A DNA stretch of 62,137 nt, counting the filler, from Piptocephalis cylindrospora (Eukaryota): the NCBI GenBank assembly GCA_003614145.1. It is 19 parts of 19 records of this genome, joined end to end, with 100 filler letters (N's around TTAATTAATTAA, not from the genome) between each part and the next. Parts side by side here need not be neighbours in the genome. Positions count along the whole stretch, not along the records: positions 1 to 3,217 come from KZ988717.1; positions 3,318 to 6,534 come from KZ988718.1; positions 6,635 to 9,851 come from KZ988719.1; positions 9,952 to 13,165 come from KZ988720.1; 15 more parts are not named here. One strand, given 5' to 3'. Made by a program: the position numbers and the translations under genes. A model generated the notes under the pieces. That model was not told where the DNA came from, ran no database searches, and saw only the letters and a program-made list of their open reading frames with translations. Below, in pieces: positions 1 through 11,630 of the stretch (position 1 is its first letter; the number at the start of each line of letters is the position of its first letter).

Positions 1-1001
1 ATCTCCAGTAAGGTAATCTTGACCAGAAGGAATGTATGGCGGCCCAAGGCCAGGAAAAACAGTATGGATTCTCACCCCCTTCCGGATCTCAGCAAAAAGG
101 CAGTGAGGTGTATGGGACATCGGCTGGACTCTCCCATTATATGGGTTCTTAATACATTGATGATTTCCCCCGATATTCATGATCGGAGAAGGACCTGGAT
201 AAACGGTCACTGGGACTTGGGAGGGGACTACGCGCAAATTCCATATAATGGAATCTATGTCAATATACGCCTGTATATCTGGACTCTTAAGGGAAGGAGA
301 TTCCGAAAATTGAAGGCGCTTGGGCGTGGAGAGGCACGATCGACCCTTACGGGACACTCCGAAAACTGCCTTCTCAAGGTCAATGCACCCAGATGGTTCT
401 ACCGCATCATCAACAAAGGTAAAGTTTTGAAGAAAGTCACCGATGGTCTCTGTGGAGTGGGCCACAAGAGGACTCGCATGAGTGATGTCACGTCTGGACA
501 TATATAAGGCTGGAAGTATGGCTTCAGTAGCGGTATTGGTGTTGGACCGAGGGTGAGAACGAGTAAGATGATCAGGCAGAGTATGCAACAAAGGGAAGGG
601 AGGCAACAATATGGTTTGCAAGGGGAAAAAAAGGGAAAGGGACAGAAGGAATAATGATGTGGTCTAGGCTATGAGGGACGTGCGCTTTATGTGCGCAGAG
701 GCGTTCCCGTGACGCAACGCGCTTTCTCCGCTATTTTTGGTGTGGTGGAGTAGGTAGCGTTGTTAGTGCGGAGCATGCACGATACGGATGTCGCTCTTCC
801 GCAATCTATGGGACTCGACGGCGAGGATGAGCAGCATGTGATTTAGTTAGTGTGTGCAAAGGGTAAACGTAGTATTGTGTGGCTATTTTGTTGTTTTTTG
901 ACTTATTGACCAATATTATCCTTGCGGTAACCTAAGTGATTTAACTAGACGAATCAAGGGTCTAGCAGGAACGTGGGCCAGGAAAGGACCAAAGATGAAA
1001 T

Positions 1002-2441
1002 GTGAAAGAGTATGGAGGCATCATGGGGGACGACTATAGGAGGTCAATGCAAGTTGATATTGGCATGGATTTCATTGCCTCTAATGGGTATATTGATGAT
1101 AACGGCCCAACGCAGCTTCTCTGGAAAAGAGAAGCTGCAGAGAGCATGACGTTGGGTGTGAATGGACGCCCGCGTGCCATTGAATGGTGGCTTTCAAACG
1201 ACGTCGCTGGAACTGTGGTGGTGAAAGGTAGCCTTGATGTAGTGGACCTGGATAAGGGCCCACCAGATGTGGCCTATGCTCAAGTCTACCATGTGGATAA
1301 GGAGATGACCACGGGAAAATGCGATCATCCCATGGTCAGAATGAAGTGGGAGGACATGACATGGTCTCGGAGCAAGTTTCGAGATGCCTATGGTGTCCTC
1401 CTCCGTGGTCTACAAGGCGGGTCAAAGCAGTCATGGGGGACTCGCTACGAGTCCCGAGTCTCTGGGTTAACCCTTTTTGCTGCCAGAACACCCAAAGATA
1501 TCCACGGAGATATCTATACGGATATCCTTCATGACCCTGCTAAGTATTTCTGGGCCCTACCCACCCTGGATGTTTGTAGGTACAAAGCATCTAGTCTTTG
1601 GATTTTGAAGGATGGAGCTACTCGAGTAGATAATTCTACTTCTCAGGATGTATGTCCATTCAGAGAATCATTTATGAAGCTCCTTGCCTCCCTCTTAAGA
1701 GGCCTTTATCAAGGATCATACTACACTTTCTATCGCCGGTTTACCTTTGGTGCCATGGATGGAACTACGGATGGTTCTCTTGGCATCGGCAGGGCGATCC
1801 TCATGTTTAACCGGCCTTATCTGTCTCCTGATAAGGTCGATTGGATTTGTGCTCAAGCCTCCGTCCATGGGTTCAGTGGCCTGACAGCTGTATCGGACAT
1901 TAGCTCTTTGGGAGGGCTGATTGGCCAGGCAGAGTTGGATGCATTGCGAGAAGTATCTACTGATGAGGTATCCATAATCACCCCTGAGAGAGTGGCAGAA
2001 ATTATCATTGCAAGGCTCAAAAGAGATATGGCGACCGCCTCCGAGAAGGCACAGAAATATGGAGCCACTATCTCCTCCTGGTCCCTCGAGGAGGTACGTA
2101 GGGCGATCCCCAGGAGGGTGGAAAGCCATATCAGCAAACGGCGGAAAGTGAAGACTTGGCGAGAGCTCTTTGAATACCTCTTCCCTGAGGCTAACTCTCG
2201 CTATGATTCTGATCGAAACCCAAAATTCTGGGGAAAGGTCAGACATCGTGAATTGTTTTTCATGATGCGTGATTTGATGGTGATGCATAATGGGCAGCTT
2301 CCCGAAGGAACCTACATCAGATTCTATAAGCATCTCTGGCGCCTTTTCGAGGACATTGACTGTGTTGTTCGCCCTTCCGTTCGCTTCGCGTTCGCTCACG
2401 CCAAGGAAAGCTCCTTTTACGTTGATCTTCGTGATAAGTGA
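1002..2441 (+). CDS. Hypothetical protein, ~470 aa, uninterrupted ORF, no family recognised (first ATG at 1023; may be the 3' exon of a longer gene)
   Basis: 1.44-kb open frame with globular composition (VDIGMDF...LLWKRE...YAQVYHVDKE...TRYESRV); converges on a Tc1 relic. Confidence 0.6.
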   Translation: MKEYGGIMGDDYRRSMQVDIGMDFIASNGYIDDNGPTQLLWKREAAESMTLGVNGRPRAIEWWLSNDVAGTVVVKGSLDVVDLDKGPPDVAYAQVYHVDKEMTTGKCDHPMVRMKWEDMTWSRSKFRDAYGVLLRGLQGGSKQSWGTRYESRVSGLTLFAARTPKDIHGDIYTDILHDPAKYFWALPTLDVCRYKASSLWILKDGATRVDNSTSQDVCPFRESFMKLLASLLRGLYQGSYYTFYRRFTFGAMDGTTDGSLGIGRAILMFNRPYLSPDKVDWICAQASVHGFSGLTAVSDISSLGGLIGQAELDALREVSTDEVSIITPERVAEIIIARLKRDMATASEKAQKYGATISSWSLEEVRRAIPRRVESHISKRRKVKTWRELFEYLFPEANSRYDSDRNPKFWGKVRHRELFFMMRDLMVMHNGQLPEGTYIRFYKHLWRLFEDIDCVVRPSVRFAFAHAKESSFYVDLRDK

Positions 2442-2556
2442 GCTTCCGAAGGGAATTTCTGTCTACATTCTCGGCTTAATACATACAGTTTTTAGTCCTA
2501 TTCTTTTATCCAACGTAAATACACCGTCTCGTAAAAGCGTGCCGGTATTTTTACCT

Positions 2557-3217
2557 TCATGGGCCCTTTTCTTTATGATCCTTCTTGTAGGCGACTAGTT
2601 GCCTCTTTAGGTGCCCCCAGATGTGCTCAATAGGATTTAAGTCGGGAGACTGGAAGGGCCATTTCAGGACTTGGATCCCATTTGAGGAAAGCCAACTCTG
2701 GGCTTTGGTAGAGGTATGTTTTGGGTCATTATCCTGCTGGAAGATGTTATTCTCTTCACCAAGGCCCCAGTTGTCCAGTGATGATAGATAGTTTCCTTCC
2801 AATACATCACAGTATACGTCCGTATCCATGCCCCCGTTAATCCTATGGAGCCTATCAACCCCATAGACAGAAATACAGCCCCAAATCAGCACATTGCTTC
2901 CTTCAAACTTAAGTGTAGGCACCATATTCCCACCATGGAAGGCCTATCCAGGTCTCCTGCTTCTCTATACTCCCATGTTAAGGGCACGAAGCACTGCAGC
3001 TGCACTGATACTTTCTCTACGATCGGCGGAAATCTGCATTGCAACTCTCCTGGCTGATCCCCGCGCGTTGAGGCTACATTCCGGATTCTCATTCGCTCTC
3101 CTCCCGGGGCTAGAAGCCTTGGGAGGCCGCTTGATTTGGGTTTTCCTTCCATCCCTAGTTCCTAACATTTCCTCATCGCCATAGATGATCCTACTTTGGT
3201 CGTAGCGGCCACTTGGT
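2557..3217 (-). mobile_element. Degenerate Tc1/mariner (DD34E) transposase relic
   Basis: VLIWGCI, FQQDNDPKH and KWPFQSPDLNPIEHIW motifs with 34 residues between D and E; HTH-like segment upstream in the same frame; in-frame TAG stops near 2965 and 2946; first-D (WSDE) region absent. Confidence 0.88.
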
Positions 3218-3317
3218 NNNNNNNNNNNNNNNNNNNNNNNNNNNNNNNNNNNNNNNNNNNNTTAATTAATTAANNNNNNNNNNNNNNNNNNNNNNNNNNN
3301 NNNNNNNNNNNNNNNNN
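3218..3317. other. Artificial contig linker N44-TTAATTAATTAA-N44 (first of 18)
   Basis: Identical linkers start at 3218, 6535, 9852, 13166, 16468, 19770, 23071, 26371, 29662, 32952, 36239, 39523, 42695, 45974, 49143, 52310, 55587 and 58864; the core gives stops in all six frames. Confidence 0.99.
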
Positions 3318-3991
3318 GGGACCTCGACTTCTATATCCGTGATCACAAGATAGCTGTGGGCATACCCGTTCCCACCTCTATGCCCAGCTATTGATGGGAC
3401 CTACTCTGGTGGGAACAACTACTAGGTTCACATCCGCTCAGACTGTGATACTCACATCTCACATTCGCTCAGACGATACCCCTTACCCATCTCACACAAT
3501 GAATTGTGATATGGCGTCTTTCAGATCAGCGCTACATATGAGGCATGACAAAGACACCAGTGCACAAACAACAGTGAATGAGATGATGGTGAGACGATCA
3601 TGTAAAAATACCAACTCGCATGAGAGCGCTCACGGGTTAAACAGCCCATCATCCTATGATAATTCAGGGGCTATGGATAACGGCGGATTACGGGCCACTG
3701 GTTTTACGGGTTGCGAACTACGGGCCACTGATTTTACGGATTGCGAACTACGGGCTACGAACGACGGGCTTCGAACTACGGATTACGGGTTTAGCGGGAA
3801 AAAGGGGATGGGAAATACATACACGATCTTTCTCTATGCCACGCATATAAAAGAGCAGTAGAAGATGAAGAATCCAAGACTTCCAGGGCCCGTTATCCCT
3901 TTCATCACCATCTCATCACCCTCTTAGTCCTTTACCATTCATCCTCGTCCCCTAATCGTCCCTCACCCTTACCCCCTAATCATCCTTCATC
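3318..3991 (+). repeat. Left copy of 674-bp perfect inverted repeat
   Basis: Reverse complement of 5861-6534; identical translated ORFs 3391..3861(+) and 5991..6461(-). Confidence 0.97.
3689..3790 (+). repeat. 30-bp tandem repeat and TACGG array inside the inverted repeat (mirrored at ~6062-6163)
   Basis: TACGGGCCACTGGTTTTACGGGTTGCGAAC / TACGGGCCACTGATTTTACGGATTGCGAAC followed by degenerate TACGG units. Confidence 0.85.
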
Positions 3992-4398
3992 GAGAACAAC
4001 ACTGGATAAAAGGATCTATAATCCAGTAGGATTGAGATCCTGGACGACAAGGCGTAAACCATGCCTAGCCTTGCTTTTAAGCAGAGGATGTTTCCATACA
4101 TTGATGGAGGCGACATGGATGCTGGTCTCCTCTCCGTTGTGTGTGGCTCCGTGCCAGGGTGGAAACTCGGCGAGCTCCGCTCTTCCCACCTAAACGGATG
4201 TCGAACACTGTTACCTTTACACGCTTCCCACCTCAACCTTGAGATCTACTCATTACTACGGGAGAAATGTCATAAGAATGTATTGCCCATTCCTTCTTTC
4301 TCTCTCTCCCCTCCCTCCTCTCTTAGTCTACCTTGGCCGTTCAGACTCTCTCGCTACCCCCTCTCCTCCTCCCCCCCCCTGCTCCTACCTTGACCGCT

Positions 4399-5068
4399 AT
4401 GGAAGCCATTAAACAACTTCGCCCTCGACTCATCCTGGCTCAGGTACTCAACTTTGCCCTGGTGGTGTCCTCTGCCCTGGCCCTTTGGCGTGGAATGTGT
4501 GTTTACACCAACTCTGAATCCCCCATTGTTGTGGTGCTGAGGTAAGTGAGTTTGAATAAGGACGAGGGCTATCGCTGGGTTCGCCCTGTCTCAACTCACG
4601 GTTCCCTTTGTCGACACACTATAGTGGAAGTATGGAGCCGGCCTTTTACCGGGGAGATCTCCTCTTCCTCTCTCTGCCTGATGAGCCCATTGCCGTCAAT
4701 GATATTTGCGTGTTTAAAATCAAGGGGCGGGATATCCCCATTGTGCATCGTGCCCTACGCGTCCACAATCAGTAAGTCAATGGTGAGGGTGGTCCCCCAG
4801 GCCAACGCTGACCCCTTCCCCCTCATCCTCGACGTGTAGCACCACGGCGGGACAGCTCATCCTCACCAAGGGAGACAACAACCATGTGGACGATCGAGGT
4901 CTTTACAACCCAGGTCAGGATTGGATCAAGAGGGAGGACGTGGTGGGCAAGGTCAAGGGCTGGCTACCGTATGTGGGGATGGTGACAATCATCATGAATG
5001 ATCGGCCAGAGCTCAAGTTTGTCCTTCTTGGAGCATTGGCTCTCATGGTGCTGATGACACGGGAGTAA
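4399..5068 (+). CDS. SEC11: Signal peptidase complex catalytic subunit Sec11; exons ~4399-4541, 4625-4771, 4840-5068
   Basis: [58 protein letters not shown] introns. Confidence 0.95.
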
Positions 5069-5295
5069 CAAGGGTTTATGGGAAAGAGTGTAGGCATGCC
5101 CTAGCTGGGATGATGACAGAGCAAGAATATATTGAAAGAAAGAAAGGAAAAATAAATGAAGGTACCCTTGATGGAAAGAGAGAGAGAGTGGAACAATGGT
5201 GGGAGCAGGAAGGAAAGAGCGTATGCGGAAAGTGGTGCTGCTGGAATACCTAGAGCGAAATTGGTCCGTAAAATAGGCGCGCATCCATCCTACCA

Positions 5296-5854
5296 TTAGA
5301 TAGATTTATCGACCTGGCTGAGGATGAGCTTGCGCATCTTGCGATGGGGTATCCTCTCCTGGTAAAATGTATCTCCGGGTAGCAATTCATAACCAAGGGA
5401 CTGGTAAAAACCAATCTTGTCCTGTTGAGCATGGCACATAATGGTGCGGTAGCGGCCCTGAACTTCAGTTACGTCGTGCATGGCCCGCATCAAGGCCTTT
5501 CCCACGCCAGTCCCGCGGTGGGAGGGTAAGACGGCTAGTCGACCAAACTTGCACGTACCCTCCTGCGCCGCATGCTCGACTAGCCTTATGGTCCCCACTG
5601 GCCCATGGGTGGTGCAAAAGGCGAGCCAGTGGTCCGCTTGATCATCCAGGCTATGGGGGAAGCACAAGGAATGATTATTTTTGACTTCCTCCTTCAAAGG
5701 AAAAGACACTCAGCACTTACCCGTCCAGTTCTCCCTCGAGGGATATGCCTTGACCCTGGACAAATACCACATTGCGGATCCTCCATGCCTCTTGCATCTC
5801 TCTGAGGGTATGGACCTTGAAGACTTGAATGGTGCACTGTGTCTTTTCTGGCAT
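5296..5854 (-). CDS. GNAT acetyltransferase, ElaA/YjcF-like; 2 exons
   Basis: Exon 1 MPEKT...WRIRNVVFVQGQGISLEGELD; exon 2 GTIRL...FGRLAVLPSHRGTGVGKALM...HAQ...GFYQSLGY...IPHRKM. Confidence 0.88.
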
Positions 5855-5860
5855 GGTGAA

Positions 5861-6534
5861 GATGAAGGATGATTAGGGGGTAAGGGTGAGGGACGATTAG
5901 GGGACGAGGATGAATGGTAAAGGACTAAGAGGGTGATGAGATGGTGATGAAAGGGATAACGGGCCCTGGAAGTCTTGGATTCTTCATCTTCTACTGCTCT
6001 TTTATATGCGTGGCATAGAGAAAGATCGTGTATGTATTTCCCATCCCCTTTTTCCCGCTAAACCCGTAATCCGTAGTTCGAAGCCCGTCGTTCGTAGCCC
6101 GTAGTTCGCAATCCGTAAAATCAGTGGCCCGTAGTTCGCAACCCGTAAAACCAGTGGCCCGTAATCCGCCGTTATCCATAGCCCCTGAATTATCATAGGA
6201 TGATGGGCTGTTTAACCCGTGAGCGCTCTCATGCGAGTTGGTATTTTTACATGATCGTCTCACCATCATCTCATTCACTGTTGTTTGTGCACTGGTGTCT
6301 TTGTCATGCCTCATATGTAGCGCTGATCTGAAAGACGCCATATCACAATTCATTGTGTGAGATGGGTAAGGGGTATCGTCTGAGCGAATGTGAGATGTGA
6401 GTATCACAGTCTGAGCGGATGTGAACCTAGTAGTTGTTCCCACCAGAGTAGGTCCCATCAATAGCTGGGCATAGAGGTGGGAACGGGTATGCCCACAGCT
6501 ATCTTGTGATCACGGATATAGAAGTCGAGGTCCC
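5861..6534 (-). repeat. Right copy of 674-bp inverted repeat; holds the upstream region of the GNAT gene
   Basis: Exact reverse complement of 3318-3991; ends 6 nt before the GNAT ATG and contains a TATAAAA on the minus strand near 6000. Confidence 0.97.
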
Positions 6535-7100
6535 NNNNNNNNNNNNNNNNNNNNNNNNNNNNNNNNNNNNNNNNNNNNTTAATTAATTAANNNNNNNNNN
6601 NNNNNNNNNNNNNNNNNNNNNNNNNNNNNNNNNNCCCCCCCCCCCCCCCCCCCAAGTCAGATCATGATGCATGGTGGTAGTGATAGTTGGAATGTGGATT
6701 CATAGAATGGTCTGAAAGGTTTGGAGAGGCCAAGGCAAGGATGTGGTCGTATCACCATCAGCATCATCATTCTAACCCACCCACCAATCAGTCGTCCATT
6801 CCATCCGAAATAGGAATATAGATTGCACTGGTCCATGAGCGAGGATGGATTGCCTTGTCCTTTCTCTCCCCCCCTCCCCCCCAATGTGGTATAAGGGGGA
6901 GGGGAAGGGACAATAGGGTAAAAGCAGGGTGACTCCCCATCCCATCACCTTTGGATACCCCATCCCCACCCGCCCTCTCCCTTTCTTCTTTCCTTACCCT
7001 CTCCTTCCCTCACTCATATCTGGAAATCCAAGAAATTCTTCCCAATACTCCCTCCCCCCTTTAACCCTCCTCAATCCACCTCATAGGGTTCCTCTTCTCC

Positions 7101-8784
7101 ATGCCATTTTATCTGGGAAAGCTACGAGGAGGCGGAGGTCAAAAATCGTTTACTCCACCGCCCAAGGAGATAACCAATCTGGTCACCGTCAGCCCCGCCG
7201 CATCCTCCCCGCCAATCATCGAGGATCAGGCTCCACATCGTCGTCGTCTCTTTCATCGACGCTCCCCTCATCATCGATCTTGTATGTGCTTTGTATTATC
7301 TTGTGTATCATCCCTATCGAATTACGAGGAGACTAACTCAACTCCTCCCCTTAGCTCTAAGTAGCGTCAAACACGCCAAACACCTCCCCTCGGAACTGAT
7401 CAAGGATCTCACATGCGATCCATCCATCCATGTCTCCTCTAAGCTTCTGGAGGAAATGGGGCTAGAGTACCGTGAGGCCCGTCGTGGCCATCTCATATCC
7501 CCCCCATCCCCCTCCAGGGGCGGTACCGTCCTGGTAGGAGGACTCTTGAATGATAACGGAACATCTTGCTACATGGGTAAGTCCTCCTCCTTTTATCCGA
7601 TCCAGTCGGGCTATGCGCTGCCTCTTACTCCCTTCCCCTCCCCCTCTCCTTCACCACTCCACCCCCCTATCCATGCAGATTCAGTGGTCTTTGCCCTCTT
7701 TGCCACTAGTCAGGCTTATGATGCCTTGATCAATCCGCCAAACACCGGCTCGGCTAGTCGATCCCCCTCCCCTTTCCAGCCCGCTTCCTCCAGGGTCGAT
7801 GGCAAAACCGCCGAGGAGCTTCGGACGCAATTGCGTGTCATAGTCAATCGACTTCGATCGGCAAGACACGTTTCGATCCCTCTAGTTGCCCACCTCCGAC
7901 GCATCCTCCGTCGCGCCGGGTGGGTAGGCGAGAGGGAGACTCAGGAGGATGCCACAGAGTTGTTCCTCCATCTCACTTCCATTCTCGGTGGTCCTCTAGT
8001 TCCCTTGACCAGGACTTTGACTTATCCTCTTCCCGAGGACCCAGCATCCCCTGTCAAGTCCAAGGGAGGGAAAGACACCACCATTACCTCTGAACGTTTC
8101 CTTACCCTGCCTCTCCCCGACATCCCCTCCCCCTCCTCCTCATCATCATCGCCCAGACAAGGGATGCCCTTGATCTTAGAAGACCTGATCCGTACCTATC
8201 TTCGCGGAAATAACATTACCGGCTTGGAGAGGGAGGGTAGACGGGTCGATGCCCAAGAAATCATCCAGGTTCATCCATTTTGGACCTCCGAATCCCCTGC
8301 GGGTGTAGAAACTCATCTACGCCGCTCTGCTTTCCCCACTCTCTCTTTGCCCATGATGCTTCCCCGGTATACGTGGGATCTATCCACTGGATCCGCTATC
8401 CGGGATGATCGGGGCATTGCGTGTCCCCTAGTCCTGGACTGGTCCAAGGCCCGCCTCGCCCCAGTCAAGGATGCGTACCTCGTCTTGCACTCGGCTGTCT
8501 GTCATGAGGGAAACTCACCCCAATCTGGCCACTACACCTCCTGGACCCTGTCTCAGAGCTGTCTTCGGTGCTGGAAAGCCGATGATTTGGACTCTCCTCC
8601 CATCAGCTCCCGCACGATGACCGAGATGCTGCGTGATGTCTCCTTGAATGGTTACCTTCTCTTCTACGAGTGCTGGCCCTCTTCTTCCCTCAAAGCCTTT
8701 CTTCGGGGTATGCAAGGCCCCAATACCAGGGGCACCGAGGAGCATAAGGGGAAGTCAAGGGAGGACAGAGTGGTCGACGATTGA
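7101..8784 (+). CDS. Ubiquitin-specific protease (USP/UCH, peptidase C19-like); about 3 exons
   Basis: Cys box GLLNDNGTSCYM|DSVVFALF split by an intron, QEDATE, His box VCHEGNSPQSGHY and downstream D. Confidence 0.8.
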
Positions 8785-9094
8785 CCCTCGAAAATCACAT
8801 TGTCCCTCTGCGTGTGTATCATTTATCCTGTATATTAATAGATACGGCTAGTCAATCATTTTGGACGCATGGGAGAATTACCCCTCTTTGTTGCTGGAAG
8901 AAGGTCCATAATTTCTTGATATTCTGACGTGCTTGGATGATCATTGGTGCAAGCCCTTGGGATATGTATGTTAGCCCAGCTCAACCCTTCTTTTCCACCT
9001 TTTAAACAGCAGCGTCTAATTCAGTAACAATGCAATAAAAGTCTGTCCTATTCTACGAATTCGTCCCTCTCTCCCTCATTGCTCCCTTCTCATC

Positions 9095-9851
9095 TTACCC
9101 AAACAGCTTGCCAATCACACTCTTCAAGGTAGGGTCATCCTGTTGGGATTTGCCTCCTTTTGTAATAGGGGTAGGACCACGGGAGCCCTCGGATCCGGAA
9201 GCATCCTTGGAAATGGCCCCTCTCTGGGCAAAGGTCCGACGCACTTTCCTCTCTGGCTCCTCCCCTCCGTCCGGCTTCTCCTAAGGGAATAAGAGCATGA
9301 GATCACATTTTCATATTGTACAGACGATCGAGAACCCCGCTTACCTTCTCCATTCGTCGCTTGGCCTTCTCCTCCATGGCCTCAACGGCCTTTGCCCGGT
9401 CTACATTGGCTGTGTAGGCCTTGTTCTCTCTATTAGCCTGGTCCATCTCGGTTCGGAGACGCTGAGCCCTCGAAGCATTCTCAAAGGCAATTCGCTCAGT
9501 CAGATGGTTCCACTTGAACTTTGGAAGGTATTTTAGGGTCCACAAGTCTTCATGGTAAAAGCTACGCTTACTCCCTCCTAGAGGATGAGATAGGGGCCAG
9601 CGAGAGTGAGTAAAGCCAGGGCATCTCGAAAATGATCATTCCCTCCTCACTTACCAATCGGCTGCGCATTCAGGGCAAGGGCAACCCGCTTGGCCACCCT
9701 CTTATCCGCAAACTCCACCCAGCCCTCTGAAAAGCTCTTCTTCTTATTTCCACCATACTTTTTCCTATGGTACCTTGCCTTGGGATCTACCAGGATGAGG
9801 ATGATAAAATGAGTGTGTGCTGAGCACGTACGTTCTCCCAAATACTTCTCT
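9095..9851 (-). CDS. ESF2: Pre-rRNA processing protein Esf2/ABT1, 5'-truncated, spliced
   Basis: FSEGWVEFADKRVAKRVA..LNAQPIG and DLWTLKYLPKFKWNHLTE. Confidence 0.92.
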
Positions 9852-9951
9852 NNNNNNNNNNNNNNNNNNNNNNNNNNNNNNNNNNNNNNNNNNNNTTAAT
9901 TAATTAANNNNNNNNNNNNNNNNNNNNNNNNNNNNNNNNNNNNNNNNNNNN

Positions 9952-10586
9952 ACGATATGATGGGAAACCTCGAGGCCCAAGTATCCCTTGGAATGTGCAT
10001 GATCAAAGGGGAAGGGGTGGAGAAGGATGTGGATGTAGGGCTAGATTTGTTGAAGAAGGCTTCAGCACGGGGCTCCGGCGAAGCCCATTTCTGCTTGTAC
10101 GAAGCCTACTCTCAAGGTAAATGGACTGACGTGGATCTCGCCAAGGCCAAGGAGCACCTTGAGGGGGCAGCAACTCTGGAAGAACCGACTGGGATGTGCC
10201 TGTATGCGGAGGAGCTACTAGACCGGGATGAAGATCTAGTCAAGGCTATCAATCTACTCGAAAAATCACTACGGTACAATTGTCGTCAGGCTCGACGAAT
10301 CTACATACGTGCCTTAATTAAGCGTAACCAAGAGGGCGATAAAGAGATGATACTCTCCCTTCTGCGACGTTGGGTTGAATTACGGGACGGTGAGGCTATG
10401 TATGAATTGGCGCGTCATGTGGACAATCCCAAGGAAGCCCTGGGCCTATTTCATCGAGCTCTAGCTATGGGGGTGGATAAGGCACTTCCCAAGCTTGCTG
10501 AAGCTTACGAGAAGGGCCTTGGGACCGAGGTGAATCAGGAGCAGGCCAGACTTTATCGTGTGCGCTGGTCTCATCTGAGCTGTTGA
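9952..10586 (+). CDS. Sel1-like repeat protein, probably 5'-truncated
   Basis: AQVSLGMCMIKGEGVEKD...LLKKAS; EAMYELA; LAEAYEKGLGTEVNQEQA. Confidence 0.85.
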
Positions 10587-11630
10587 CGCCGTCGCATGCT
10601 AGAAGTACGAGCGAGTAGCGTTTAGGATGATGATTAGGATGTGTGTCCGAATAAATGATGAATGATTAATCGATATAGGGACTATGAGCTTAGGAGCTAG
10701 AATGGGGAGCTTTGTGAGAAGACTTACACTAGTTTAGGTATAGTCATCCCATTGTTTTGTGTTGTCTATGCCGTCCAGTACGCTTAAAACAAGGGTAGGT
10801 GATATATTGAAAGTGTATTCAGGAAATAGAGGGCCACATCCATCATCCCAGCCGTCCCTCGATCAGAAAAGAACCATAGGGCAGGAAGAAGGCTTTGTTT
10901 GGTAATCTTGATGCGTGGCTCGCTCCAGGCTGCCAGAGGAGCGACAGATAGCATGTTAAGTGTTGTTAGCCATTTATAAATGCGTCGTCAAGTAAGTACT
11001 CTCCAGACCCAACAGACACTTCCTTGCAGTCTGTGAGGGCAATTGGCGCCTGCACATCAGAAGAGCAAGCTCTCCCGGAGGATATGAGTGTGAAGTATGT
11101 AGGTGTGTGCGTGCTAGGAAGTACCAGATGCCTTAGAATGCGCGTACACGGTATAATTTGAACTAGGGGCGCTCTGATCGCAGGACACGTGCTTGAGAAG
11201 ACCTGTCCTAGAGATGCACCGACTAGGGAATAATCTGGGAAAGTATTCAAGGTGACGAAGCAAGGGAGAACACCCCCACTCCGGGGCTCATCCTTCCGTT
11301 CCTTTCTCCCTTTTTTCACCCTTGATACTTCCTTGTTCTGTCTGATCCTTGATTCACTTGGTTGAGTCATTTAGGTTCCCATCAGTATCAATGGTCTTCA
11401 TCAGCGCGGCAAATGGTTCAAACATTGATACTACGGTCCAATGGGTTGATATCCTTCGAGTCAAATTAGATAATGTTTTTCAAGGGTTTTATTGGAAAGA
11501 AAGGAGCTCGATCGAAGGAGCATATCGCCACAGTCATGATATTCTTACACTCATGGTGGCGCTTTCCCTTTATCGAAGCAGCTATCCCTCTCCCTAGGCT
11601 TCATAACTATGCCCTAGCCCCTAAAGCATT

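Noticed and set aside
3689..3790. Possible CRISPR-like array
   Set aside because: Head-to-tail repeats without unique spacers, no cas genes, eukaryotic context
3391..3861. Duplicated 156-aa ORF (also 5991..6461)
   Set aside because: A by-product of the inverted repeat; non-ATG start, no recognisable domain, and repeats that merely translate the DNA tandem array
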